Shown one piece after another: positions 28,666-38,095 of a stretch of DNA of 64,000 bases (position 1 is the first letter of the stretch; each line of letters begins with the position of its first letter). The notes under the pieces were generated by a model that did not search any database, was not told the DNA's origin, and saw nothing but the letters and a program-made list of their open reading frames with translations. The position numbers were made by a program, and so were the translations under genes. The DNA is from an uncultured Clostridia bacterium. GTDB lineage: Bacteria > Bacillota > Clostridia > Christensenellales > Aristaeellaceae. The stretch covers positions 9,970 through 73,969 of the forward strand of contig CALCUD010000025.1 of the NCBI GenBank assembly GCA_937906775.1, given 5' to 3'.

Positions 28666-29770
28666 TTACCGCTGCTTTCTCCGTTTCAGCAGGAGGAAAG
28701 CCGTGCCGGCGGACGCAATGCACAGGAGAAGCAGCAGCGCCGTGGGGGTGCTGTCTCCGGTAGCCGGAACCGGCGGAATCACAGCGGGCTTTATGGTGAA
28801 ATAGGTCTGTGCTTTCTTTTCGACATTCCCCAGTTTAGAGACAATCGCCAGCTTGTGCCGGCCCGGTTTCAGGCTCTTCAGGAAGGCGGGCTTCAGATAA
28901 ACAACAGTGGAACCGGAAGCCGAAATGTAGTTGACGGGATCCACGGTCCGGTCATCCACTTCAACACGGATGAAGGTGCTGTAGTCGGCGTCGGAACGGA
29001 ATTTCAGTTTCCCCTGGCTGCTTTCGGTCCATTCGTTGTTCTGACCCTCAATGATGACCGGATCGGCATCGGGAGCCGGGGTTGACGTCGGAACGGGAGT
29101 AGGCGTCGGAGTGGGCGTCGGAGTGGGGGCAGGAACCGACGCGTTTTCCCATCCGGCGTACAGGATCAGGGCTGCCTTCACAGGTGTGGAGAAGTCATAT
29201 GCCTGAGTGCAGTTCGCATCGGTAAACCAGCCGATGAATTTCTTTTCGCTTTGGGTGGGATCGGAGGAAGGTCTGACAGCCGTTTTCCCTTCCGTAACGC
29301 TCTGCGCCGGAACCGCGCTGCCGCCGCCGGTTTCAAAGGTCACCGTAAAGATGTCCAGTACGGTGAGGGTTCCTTCGCGGTAATCAACCCTGTAATTGCC
29401 CCCATCCCTGTACCTCTGCTGAACCGTGATCGGATGGGTTCCGGGGACGCTGATGTCCTCCGTGACGCCGAACGTGAGACCGTCTTCTTTCAGTCTCCCG
29501 TCATCGGCGGCGTCGCCGGATGTCCAGGTGAATGCCGGGCAGGGATCTCCCCTGACGATGGTCTGATCGTCCGGAGTGACGGTAACGGACTTGGGCACAA
29601 TTTTGCAGTCACAGGAATTGGTGTCTGTATAGTTTCCCATTCCTTGAACCCCGATAGTGTACGGTATGGCTTCGTCACCTGTAAACGTATTGACTGTATA
29701 TGTGGGATTGCTCGTATAATTCTGAATCTGAAAGTCCTTCCCGGCTTTCGGCGCCAGTCTGCTTTGGGGT
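28666..29770 (-). pseudogene. 5'-truncated sortase-anchored surface protein (MBG-like, InlB B-repeat, PT linker, Ig/X2-like, VPATG sorting signal)
   Basis: TVTFETGGGS...FIGWFTD...YDFSTPV...LYAGW; PTPTPT; VPATGD + TM + KRRKQR; no signal peptide or RBS-linked start. Confidence 0.7.
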
Positions 29771-29794
29771 TGCAGAAAAAAGAACCGGGCCTCA

Positions 29795-30538
29795 TCAGGG
29801 AGCCAGGTCCGTCCAGTTTTTAAACTGATAAGCAATGTTTTCCCGGCAATGGCTGTCGCTGGAAAGGATCTGCGTCGCGCCGCGGGCCTTCAGATATTCC
29901 CGGATGGGTTCCGAGGGATACGGGGAGGTCCGCCACCCGCGGGACATCGCTCCGGTATTGATCTCGAAAGGTTTTCCCGTCTTCAGCAGCGCGTCCGCCG
30001 CTTTTTGCCAGGCGGCAACATAGCGCGGATGGTTCTCGTCAAAGTAATGCCCTTTTTCGTTGAACTTGGTAATCAGGTCGAAGTGACCGATGATGTCGCA
30101 TCGGGTCTTCCGGACCACGTCCGCTTCCAGCTCATAATAGGCTTCCGCGAGAGCGTACCAGTCCCCGCCGAAGTATTGGCAGACCCAGTTTTCCAGCCGG
30201 TCCGGCGTCCAGTCGACCGTCACGTGATGCCCGTCCGGCATTTTCAGTGCGTGGACGGAGCCGATCACATAATCATATTCACCGGTAATCTCGCTCCAGT
30301 AATCCCGCTCCAGTCCGCACAGGACTGTGATCCGATCCCCGTACTTATCCTTCAGGCGCGCCATTTCCGCGCGGTAAAGCGGTTCCGTTTCCGGCTTCAT
30401 TCCGCAATCGTCATAATCCGTGGGGGAATGCTCGGAGATGCCGACGGTATCCAGCCCCATTCCGATGGCGGAAAGGACCATCTCCTCCGCCGTATCCTTT
30501 CCGTCCGAAAAGACGGTATGCATATGCAGATCACGCAT
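29795..30538 (-). CDS. hisK: histidinol-phosphatase, PHP (HisJ/HisK) family
   Basis: [28 protein letters not shown]; last gene of his operon. Confidence 0.85.
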   Translation of the reverse strand: MRDLHMHTVFSDGKDTAEEMVLSAIGMGLDTVGISEHSPTDYDDCGMKPETEPLYRAEMARLKDKYGDRITVLCGLERDYWSEITGEYDYVIGSVHALKMPDGHHVTVDWTPDRLENWVCQYFGGDWYALAEAYYELEADVVRKTRCDIIGHFDLITKFNEKGHYFDENHPRYVAAWQKAADALLKTGKPFEINTGAMSRGWRTSPYPSEPIREYLKARGATQILSSDSHCRENIAYQFKNWTDLAP

Positions 30539-31187
30539 TGCCGGTCATTTTCTCCTGCTTGACCTTATGATCGATCACATGACGGGAAGCCAGTTCCTTA
30601 TGAATATCCTGCAGGGAAATACCGGCCTCGATCATCAGGACCATGACATGGTAGGTCAGGTCCGCGATCTCATATACGGTTTCCGCCTTGTCCCGGTCCT
30701 TGGCCGCGATGATGACCTCGGTGGATTCCTCGCCGACCTTCTTCAGGATCTTGTCCAGGCCCTTTTCAAACAGATAGGTCGTATAGGAGCCTTCCTTCTT
30801 CTCGGTCTTCCGGCCTTCGATCAGATCCATCAGTCCCTGCAGCGTGAATTCGTGACGCTCGTCGCTTTCCCAGATCACGTCATTGAAGCAGCTGTCCGCG
30901 CCGGTATGGCAGGCCGGTCCGTCCTTCTCTACCTTGACCTGCAGCGCGTCCCCGTCGCAGTCTGCGGTGATGGATACGATATGCTGATAATTGCCGCTGG
31001 TCTCCCCCTTCAACCAGAGTTCCTGACGGCTGCGGCTCCAGAAGCAGGTCAGACCCTTTTCCATGGAAATTTTCAGACTTTCCCGGTTCATATAGGCCAG
31101 CGTAAGGACCTTGCCGGTTTCCGCGTCGGTCACAATCGCGGGAATCAGACCGTTTTCATCAAACTTCAGTGTTTCCGGATCAAACAT
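30531..31187 (-). CDS. hisIE: phosphoribosyl-AMP cyclohydrolase / phosphoribosyl-ATP diphosphatase
   Basis: [32 protein letters not shown]. Confidence 0.96.
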   Translation of the reverse strand: MFDPETLKFDENGLIPAIVTDAETGKVLTLAYMNRESLKISMEKGLTCFWSRSRQELWLKGETSGNYQHIVSITADCDGDALQVKVEKDGPACHTGADSCFNDVIWESDERHEFTLQGLMDLIEGRKTEKKEGSYTTYLFEKGLDKILKKVGEESTEVIIAAKDRDKAETVYEIADLTYHVMVLMIEAGISLQDIHKELASRHVIDHKVKQEKMTGNA

Positions 31188-31202
31188 ATTCCGGTTCCTC
31201 CT

Positions 31203-31961
31203 TTATCTTCTGGCGGAGATTCCGTTCTCCGCCATGGCTTTCTTCAGATCGTCGATCGCCACTTCGCCGAAATGGAAGATTGAGGCCGCCAGTCCCGCGT
31301 CCACGCCGGGCAGCGTATGGAACAGCGTAATGAAATCCTGGATGTTCCCGGCCCCGCCGCTGGCGATCACCGGCACCTGAACCGCGTCGCACACGGCGGA
31401 AAGCATTTCAAGATCGAAGCCCTTCTTCACGCCGTCGGTGTCGATGGAGTTGACAACCACCTCACCGGCGCCGTCCCCGACGCACCGCCGGATCCATTCA
31501 ATGGCCTCCATCCCCGTATTCTCGCGTCCGCCTTTGGCGAATACCCGGAACACGCCGTCCACCCGCTTCACATCGACGCTGAGCACCACGCACTGGTCGC
31601 CGTAGAGCTTCGCGGCCTTTCCGACAAGCGAGGGATCCCGGATCGCACCGGAATTGACGCTGACCTTGTCCGCGCCGCATTTGAGCACCCGGTCAAAATC
31701 CGCCGTGGTATTGATTCCGCCGCCGACCGTGAGGGGAATGAAAACGCTCTTCGCCGTCTCCGTCAGGATGTCCGTAAACAGCGCGCGTCCCTCGGCGCTG
31801 GCGGTGATATCGTAGAACACCAGCTCATCCGCCCCGTGATCGCTGTAGTATTTGGCCAGCTTCACCGGTGAATCCACGTCGCCCAGTCCCTGAAAGTTGA
31901 CCCCTTTGACCACCCGGCCGTCCTTCACGTCCAGGCAGGGAATGATCCGTTTCGTAATCAT
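31203..31961 (-). CDS. hisF: imidazole glycerol phosphate synthase, cyclase subunit
   Basis: RIIPCLDV, GADELVF, GADKVSVNS, ASGGAG. Confidence 0.97.
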   Translation of the reverse strand: MITKRIIPCLDVKDGRVVKGVNFQGLGDVDSPVKLAKYYSDHGADELVFYDITASAEGRALFTDILTETAKSVFIPLTVGGGINTTADFDRVLKCGADKVSVNSGAIRDPSLVGKAAKLYGDQCVVLSVDVKRVDGVFRVFAKGGRENTGMEAIEWIRRCVGDGAGEVVVNSIDTDGVKKGFDLEMLSAVCDAVQVPVIASGGAGNIQDFITLFHTLPGVDAGLAASIFHFGEVAIDDLKKAMAENGISARR

Positions 31962-32671
31962 CGGGCCACCTCAATCGCTTTCTTCAGATCGATATCCCCG
32001 GTGTAGTACGCCTTGCCGATGATGGCGCCGTACAGCTCCATCCGCCGCAGGCTCTCCACATCCTCCAGCGTGGAAACCCCGCCGGAGGCGGTGATATCGA
32101 GATTCAGTTCCTTTTTCAGTTCCCGGTACAGCTCCCGGTTCGTACCCCGCATCGCGCCGTCGCGACTGATGTCAGTACAGATCAGCGTCTTCACGCCGCG
32201 CCCTGACATGTCCCGGCAGAAATCCAGAAAGGGCAGCGTGGACTTTTCCGTCCAGCCCCGGATCGCGACGAACCCGTCCCGGATGTCGACTCCGACAGCG
32301 ATCCTTTCCCCGTACCGGGACAGAGCGCTGTCCAGGAAGGCGGGATCCTCCACCGCCGCGGTGCCGAGAATGACCCGGTCCAGTCCGGATTCCAGATAGC
32401 GCTTCACCGTATCCATGGACCGGATACCGCCGCCGATCTCGCAGAAGAGCCCGGCCTTTTCCCGGATCCGGAGAACCGTTTCCAGATTCGGCGTTTCTCC
32501 GGTCTTTGCGCCCTCCAGATCCACCAGATGCGCGTGCGTCGCGCCGGCTGCCGCAAAAGCCTCCCCGATTTCCTCGGGATGTTCGCTGTAAACGGTCATC
32601 TGCGCGTAGTCACCTTTGTAAAGTCGGACCGCCTTGCCTTCGTAAAGGTCAATTGCCGGAAAAATGATCAT
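31958..32671 (-). CDS. hisA: ProFAR isomerase
   Basis: IFPAIDL, HLVDLEGA, GGGIR, TDISRDG. Confidence 0.97.
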   Translation of the reverse strand: MIIFPAIDLYEGKAVRLYKGDYAQMTVYSEHPEEIGEAFAAAGATHAHLVDLEGAKTGETPNLETVLRIREKAGLFCEIGGGIRSMDTVKRYLESGLDRVILGTAAVEDPAFLDSALSRYGERIAVGVDIRDGFVAIRGWTEKSTLPFLDFCRDMSGRGVKTLICTDISRDGAMRGTNRELYRELKKELNLDITASGGVSTLEDVESLRRMELYGAIIGKAYYTGDIDLKKAIEVAR

Positions 32672-33282
32672 GCTTTCACCTCACAGAAGGCCCGCAGGAT
32701 GTTCAGCCCCACGTTTCCGCTCTTTTCCGGATGGAACTGACAGCCCAGAATCTTTCCCTTTCCGACGCAGGCCGTCAGCTCCGCGCCGTATTCCGTTGTC
32801 GCCAGCAGGCTGTCTTCACAGCCCACGGCGCTGTAGGAATGTACAAAATAGACATGGTCCCCTTCCCGGATATACCGGAACAACGGGGACTCCTTTTTGA
32901 AGATCAGGGCGTTCCAGCCCATCTGGGGGATCTTCAGCCCTTCGGGGATCCGCTCCGAAATCGGACGGATCTCGCCCCGGAGCAGCCCGAGACCTTTATT
33001 CTCGCCGTATTCATAGCTTTTTTCAAACAGCAGCTGCATTCCCAGGCAGATTCCCATCAACGGTTTCCCCGCGACGGCAATCTCCCGGACCGTGTCCGCC
33101 AGGCCGGATTCCCGCAGCTTGGCGGCGGCATCGGCAAAAGCGCCGACACCGGGCAGGATCACCCGGTCCGCCTTCCGGAGTTCCTCCGGTTCGGAAGTCA
33201 CCCGGGCTTCCTCGCCGATCGCGGCGAAGGAGCTTTTCAGGCTGAAGAGGTTTCCGACCCCGTAATCGATGATCGCGGTCAT
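32668..33282 (-). CDS. hisH: imidazole glycerol phosphate synthase, glutaminase subunit
   Basis: IDYGVGNL, LPGVGAF, GICLGMQ, FHPEKS. Confidence 0.97.
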   Translation of the reverse strand: MTAIIDYGVGNLFSLKSSFAAIGEEARVTSEPEELRKADRVILPGVGAFADAAAKLRESGLADTVREIAVAGKPLMGICLGMQLLFEKSYEYGENKGLGLLRGEIRPISERIPEGLKIPQMGWNALIFKKESPLFRYIREGDHVYFVHSYSAVGCEDSLLATTEYGAELTACVGKGKILGCQFHPEKSGNVGLNILRAFCEVKA

Positions 33283-33869
33283 CACAGAACTCCCTTCGTG
33301 CTCGGGATCTCGTCGGCAAAATCAGGATCGATCTTTACCGCTTCCTTCAAGGTCCGGGCAAAACTCTTGAATGTTCCTTCAATGATATGATGGCTGTTTT
33401 TCCCGGCCAGCTGGCGGATGTGCAGCGTGCACCTCGCGTTCCGGACAAAGCCGAGGAAAAACTCCTCCACCAGCTCCGTATCGAAGGTGCCGACCTTCTC
33501 CGTCGGGATCTCAAGCCCGTAGCCCAGCCAGTCCCTTCCGGACAGATCCACAGCCGTCAGGATCAGCGTCTCGTCCATAGGCAGGGTCATGCTGCCGTAA
33601 CGGACGATTCCGCGTTTATCCCCCAGGGCTTCCGCGAACGCCTGTCCCAGCGCGATGCCGATATCCTCGGCGCTGTGATGATCGTCGACCCGGGTATCCC
33701 CGGCGCATTTCACTTTCAGATCGAACCGGGCATGGCGTGCGAACAGCGTCAGCATATGATCCATGAACCCAACGCCGGTATCGATCTCCGATTTTCCGGT
33801 CCCGTCCAGTTCCAGCCGGATCAGGATATCCGTTTCCCCCGTTTTCCGGGCGATCTGCGCGTTTCTCAT
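33282..33869 (-). CDS. hisB: imidazoleglycerol-phosphate dehydratase
   Basis: RKTGETDI, DDHHSAED, NSHHIIE, PSTKG; start MRNAQ. Confidence 0.96.
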   Translation of the reverse strand: MRNAQIARKTGETDILIRLELDGTGKSEIDTGVGFMDHMLTLFARHARFDLKVKCAGDTRVDDHHSAEDIGIALGQAFAEALGDKRGIVRYGSMTLPMDETLILTAVDLSGRDWLGYGLEIPTEKVGTFDTELVEEFFLGFVRNARCTLHIRQLAGKNSHHIIEGTFKSFARTLKEAVKIDPDFADEIPSTKGVL

Positions 33870-34930
33870 TTGTTTTCCTCCAGAATATTCCGGATCTCCC
33901 TGACCAGGATCTCCATGTTTTCCCTTGTTCCGACCGTGATCCTGTTCCAGTTCCGGATGCGCTCCTGGGTAAAGTGGCGGATCAGGATGCCTCGCTCTTT
34001 GAGTTTCCGGTAAAGTTCCCCGCCGTCCGTTTCCGGGTGTTCCGCGAACAGGAAATTCGTTCTGGAATCCGTGACGCTGAAGCCCATAGCCAGCAGCTGT
34101 TCCTTCACCCATTCCCGGGTTTCGGAGATGATCCGGCAATTCTCAGCGTTGTATTCATCGTTCCCGACGCAGGCAATACCGGCCGCCTGCGTCAGGCTGT
34201 TCACATTATAGGGGTTCGTCGAAAATTTGACCGTGTTCAGATCCCGGATCAGCTTCTCGTTCGCGATCCCGAATCCCAGCCGTCCTCCCGCCAGGGATCT
34301 GGATTTGGAAAAAGTCTGCGTCACCAGCAGATTTTCATAGGTATCGATCAGCGGAACGCAGCTTTCCGCGCCGAAGTCCACATAGGCCTCGTCAACGACA
34401 ACGACATGATCCGGATTGGCCTTCAGAACGGATTCGATCTCCGCCCTGGTCAGCGCGACGGCGGTCGGCGCATTCGGATTGGCGATGAACACGGTCCCGC
34501 CCGCGTTAAAATAGTCGGAAGGCTCCAGCCGCCAGTTCTCCCTCAGCGGGATGATCCGGAACGGCAGCCGGTTGATCCCCGCAAATACGGGATAGAAGCC
34601 GTACGTCACATCCGCGAAGACCGCGGGCGTCTTTTCATCGCAGAAAGCCATGAACGCGAAGTTCAGGATCTCGTCGCTTCCGTTGGTCATCAGCAGCTGT
34701 TCCGGCTTCACGCCAAGCTTTTCCGCCAGGGCCTTCCGCAGTCCGGTGCATTCGATATCGCTGTACAGGGAAAGCGAACCGGCGGCGTTCCTGACGGCCT
34801 CCGCGACGGCAGGCAGCGGCGGGAAAGGATTCTCGTTGGTGTTCAGCTTGATGTATTTCCGGGTCCTCGGCTGCTCGCCGGGAACGTAGGGTTCAAGCGA
34901 AGCATATCTCTCGGAAAAAAATCGGCTCAT
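33866..34930 (-). CDS. hisC: histidinol-phosphate aminotransferase
   Basis: KLNTNENP, NGSDE, NPNAPT, DEAY, TFSKSRSLAGGRLG. Confidence 0.96.
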   Translation of the reverse strand: MSRFFSERYASLEPYVPGEQPRTRKYIKLNTNENPFPPLPAVAEAVRNAAGSLSLYSDIECTGLRKALAEKLGVKPEQLLMTNGSDEILNFAFMAFCDEKTPAVFADVTYGFYPVFAGINRLPFRIIPLRENWRLEPSDYFNAGGTVFIANPNAPTAVALTRAEIESVLKANPDHVVVVDEAYVDFGAESCVPLIDTYENLLVTQTFSKSRSLAGGRLGFGIANEKLIRDLNTVKFSTNPYNVNSLTQAAGIACVGNDEYNAENCRIISETREWVKEQLLAMGFSVTDSRTNFLFAEHPETDGGELYRKLKERGILIRHFTQERIRNWNRITVGTRENMEILVREIRNILEENK

Positions 34931-34935
34931 TCCGT

Positions 34936-36210
34936 TTACTCCTCCAGCCGGATCACGGCACTCCGGGCATGTCCCGTCAGGCCTTCCTTCAGGGCAAAGG
35001 CTTCCACATCGCGAGCCACGCGTCCCAGCGCGTCCGCGGTGAAGTAAGTATACTGCGTTTTCTTGACAAAGTCATCCACGCTCAGCGGCGAGGAGAATCT
35101 CGCAGTTCCCTGCGTCGGCAGGGTGTGGTTCGGCCCGGCGAAATAATCGCCCAGCGCCTCCGGGCAGTTTCGGCCCATAAACACGCTGCCCGCGTGCCGG
35201 ATCCCGTCCAGATAGTCAAAGGGATTGTCCAGGCAGAGTTCCAGATGCTCCGGCGCGATCTCATTCGCGACTTCGATCGCCTTTTTCAGATCCTCCGCGA
35301 CGATGATCTTCCCGTTGTTCTCAACGGACGCGCGGGCGATCTCCTCGCGGGTGAGGAGCGGCAGCTGACGCTCGATCTCATCCCGGACCTTTTCCGCCAG
35401 CTCCGGGCTGTCCGTCACCAGAACAGCGCTGGCAAGCCTGTCGTGTTCCGCCTGGCTCAGCAGATCCGCCGCGACATAGGCGGGATTGCTCTTTCCGTCC
35501 GCCACGACCATGATCTCGCTCGGACCGGCGATCATGTCAATGGCCACCTGGCCGAACACCTGACGTTTCGCTTCATTGACGAAGGCATTGCCGGGGCCCA
35601 TGATCTTGTCGACCTTCGGTACGCTTTCCGTCCCGTAAGCCAGCGCCGCGATCGCCTGCGCCCCGCCGGCCTTGATCACGGTATCCGCTCCGGCGATCCT
35701 GGCCGCCGCGAGGATCACGGGAGCGATCTTTCCGTCTTTTCCGGGAGGCGTCGCGATTACGATCTCCCGGCAGCCGGCGATCTTCGCGGGAATCACGCCC
35801 ATCAGAACGCTGCTGGGAAGCGAGGCGGTGCCGCCGGGAACATACAGGCCGACCCGGTCCAGCGGGATCACCTTCTGGCCCATGACCACGCCGTCCTCGT
35901 CGTTGATCATAAAGCTGTTCCGTACCTGCCGGCTGTGGAACTTCCGGATGTTTTCCGCCGCCTTCCGGAGCACCTCCAGAAAGCTTCCCTCCACCTGTGC
36001 GAACGCCTCGTCCATTTCCTCCGCGCTCACGCGCAGAGAAACGAGTTCGGCCTTGTCAAACTTTGCGGTATATTCCAGGAGCGCCGCGTCGCCGCGTTCC
36101 TTTACATTTTTCAGGATCTCCGCCACCGTGTCCGTCACGTTCGCGGTCGGGATCTTCCGGGCAAAGATCTCCTCCGGGGAAACCTCGCCGAATTTCATGA
36201 TACGGATCAT
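34936..36210 (-). CDS. hisD: histidinol dehydrogenase
   Basis: GLYVPGG, IDMIAGPSE, QAEH, APEHLE, GPNHTLPT. Confidence 0.97.
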   Translation of the reverse strand: MIRIMKFGEVSPEEIFARKIPTANVTDTVAEILKNVKERGDAALLEYTAKFDKAELVSLRVSAEEMDEAFAQVEGSFLEVLRKAAENIRKFHSRQVRNSFMINDEDGVVMGQKVIPLDRVGLYVPGGTASLPSSVLMGVIPAKIAGCREIVIATPPGKDGKIAPVILAAARIAGADTVIKAGGAQAIAALAYGTESVPKVDKIMGPGNAFVNEAKRQVFGQVAIDMIAGPSEIMVVADGKSNPAYVAADLLSQAEHDRLASAVLVTDSPELAEKVRDEIERQLPLLTREEIARASVENNGKIIVAEDLKKAIEVANEIAPEHLELCLDNPFDYLDGIRHAGSVFMGRNCPEALGDYFAGPNHTLPTQGTARFSSPLSVDDFVKKTQYTYFTADALGRVARDVEAFALKEGLTGHARSAVIRLEE

Positions 36211-36836
36211 TGTTTTTCCTCCGTTTCTTTCGCCAGAGAGGCGGTCAGTTTTTCGATAGGAGCCGTTTTAAACTTGAAGCCGGATTTGTTGGCGATCAGA
36301 CGGGCGGATACCGGCACGATGGTTTCCACGACCTCCAGCCCGTTTTCCCGCAGGGTCGTTCCGGTTTCAACGATATCCACGATCACATCGCTCAGCCCGA
36401 GGATCGGCGCGATCTCGATGGAGCCGTTCAGGTGGATGATATCGATATCCCGTCCCACGCCGGAATAATAATCCCGCGCCACCCGGGAGAATTTGGTCGC
36501 GACGCGCAGCGTCCGGTCGCGCGGATCGGTAAAGCCCTTCGGAGCCGCCACGGCAAGCCGGCATTTGCCGACGTTCAGATCGAGCAGCTCGTACACCTCC
36601 GGGCGGTACTCCAGAAGGATGTCCTTCCCGACCACGCCGACATCCGCCGCGCCGCGTTCGACATAGATCGCGACGTCGCTGGGCTTGACCCAGAAATAGC
36701 GTACTCCGGCGTTCGGGTTTTCAAAGATCAGTTTCCGGCTGTCCTCGAGCAGGGCGGGGCACTCAAAGCCGGCCCGCGCGAACATGGCATAGACCTTTTC
36801 TCCCAGCCGTCCTTTCGGCAAAGCTACGTTAAGCAT
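36207..36836 (-). CDS. hisG: ATP phosphoribosyltransferase, short form
   Basis: ALPKGRL, ATKF, GSIEIAP, DIVETGTTL. Confidence 0.97.
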   Translation of the reverse strand: MLNVALPKGRLGEKVYAMFARAGFECPALLEDSRKLIFENPNAGVRYFWVKPSDVAIYVERGAADVGVVGKDILLEYRPEVYELLDLNVGKCRLAVAAPKGFTDPRDRTLRVATKFSRVARDYYSGVGRDIDIIHLNGSIEIAPILGLSDVIVDIVETGTTLRENGLEVVETIVPVSARLIANKSGFKFKTAPIEKLTASLAKETEEKQ

Positions 36837-37776
36837 CCGCCCCGCCTCCTTCCGCGAGCCGTTCCAGGCTGTCCAGGAACACCGCGAATCCGATCGCGTG
36901 ATCCTTCCGGCCCATCTTCCGCATCAGCGAATCATACTGACCTCCGGAAAGGACGCTGTCCGGGATCCCGCTGATGAAGCCCTTGAACGCGATCCCGTTG
37001 TAATATTTTACATCGCCCGTCGCGGAAAAATCAATCCAGACCCTGTTTTCATCGACGCTCCCGGCGAATACCGCCACCGCGTGTCCCAGCTCGGAGGCGT
37101 ATTCCCCGCAGCCGTTTTCCTCCGCGAGCGCCCGGATCTTCGGCATGACCGTCTTCGGCGTGCCGTAGAGGCTCAGCAGCTGCTTCAGCGGTTCTTCCGC
37201 GCCTTCGCTGAGACCCGCTTCCCTGCAGATCCGGGAGATCCCGTGCAGGTTCTTTTCTCCCGCGCAGGCCAGGATCTTTTCACGGGTATAGCGGTCCGGC
37301 GCGATCGCGTCGACAAACGCCGTCAGCAGATCCAGATGGCTGATCTCAAGCACGAAGCTGTCCGAGCAAAGGCGAAGGCTTTCGGCCGCCAGTTTCAGAA
37401 CCTCGGCGATGCAGGCGCTGCCGACCTGTCCCATGCATTCAAGGCCGACCTGGGTCTGCTCCCGGAATCCGTCCGCCGTGCCGGAAACCCGATACACATT
37501 CTCGTGATAGTAAAGCTTCTGAATTTCGCCGGGACGGTCTTTGCCGTTCTTCACAATGGAAAGGGTCACGTCCGGCTTCAATGCCATCAGTCGTCCGTTG
37601 GTATCCGTAAAGGTGATCACGCTGTCGGAAAAAAGAAAATCCTTGTTCCGGCTGTACAGATCGTATTCCTCAAATTTGCTCATCCTGTAGCGGTCATAGC
37701 CGTGTTCCCGGTATAATGCACGGAGCCGGAATCCGATCCGCTCCCGCGCGTCCATGACGCTGTCCTCGATCAACAT
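36829..37776 (-). CDS. hisZ: ATP phosphoribosyltransferase regulatory subunit
   Basis: ALKPDVTLSI, QVGLE, YYNG, GGQYD; directly upstream of short hisG. Confidence 0.9.
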   Translation of the reverse strand: MLIEDSVMDARERIGFRLRALYREHGYDRYRMSKFEEYDLYSRNKDFLFSDSVITFTDTNGRLMALKPDVTLSIVKNGKDRPGEIQKLYYHENVYRVSGTADGFREQTQVGLECMGQVGSACIAEVLKLAAESLRLCSDSFVLEISHLDLLTAFVDAIAPDRYTREKILACAGEKNLHGISRICREAGLSEGAEEPLKQLLSLYGTPKTVMPKIRALAEENGCGEYASELGHAVAVFAGSVDENRVWIDFSATGDVKYYNGIAFKGFISGIPDSVLSGGQYDSLMRKMGRKDHAIGFAVFLDSLERLAEGGGADA

Positions 37777-37806
37777 CCGCGTCCCTCCAGTCTCAATTTC
37801 TTTATC

Positions 37807-37835
37807 ATGCTATCACTTTACCGCAGTAAAGTCAA
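37807..37835 (-). promoter_or_regulatory. his operon promoter with HisR-type operator
   Basis: TTGACT-17bp-TAGCAT; palindrome CACTTTACCGCAGTAAAGTC at 37814-37833. Confidence 0.75.
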
Positions 37836-38095
37836 GAGGGTTTGTGAAAAGTTTATCAGCCCCGCGGACTCGCGGCGGCAACTGATACAAAATCTTTACG
37901 ATCGTATTTCCGATTCTTTCATATTTATTAAAAATATTTCATTTTCAGGTATGTGTCCCCCAGGAGCGTTTTTGTGTATAAAGCCAGATTTTTCTTCGTT
38001 TCTACCCCATATATAGGGAATTGCAAAATGTGACAAAAAAGATATAATAAACATGGTATATTCTCCCGCTGATAAGGGAAATGGAGGGATTCCGA

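Noticed and set aside
29078..29135. Short tandem repeat as a phase-variation tract
   Set aside because: It is an in-frame Pro-Thr linker with varied codons.
37777..37900. T-box or His leader-peptide attenuator
   Set aside because: The promoter is about 30 bp from hisZ, with no T-box motif or His codon run.
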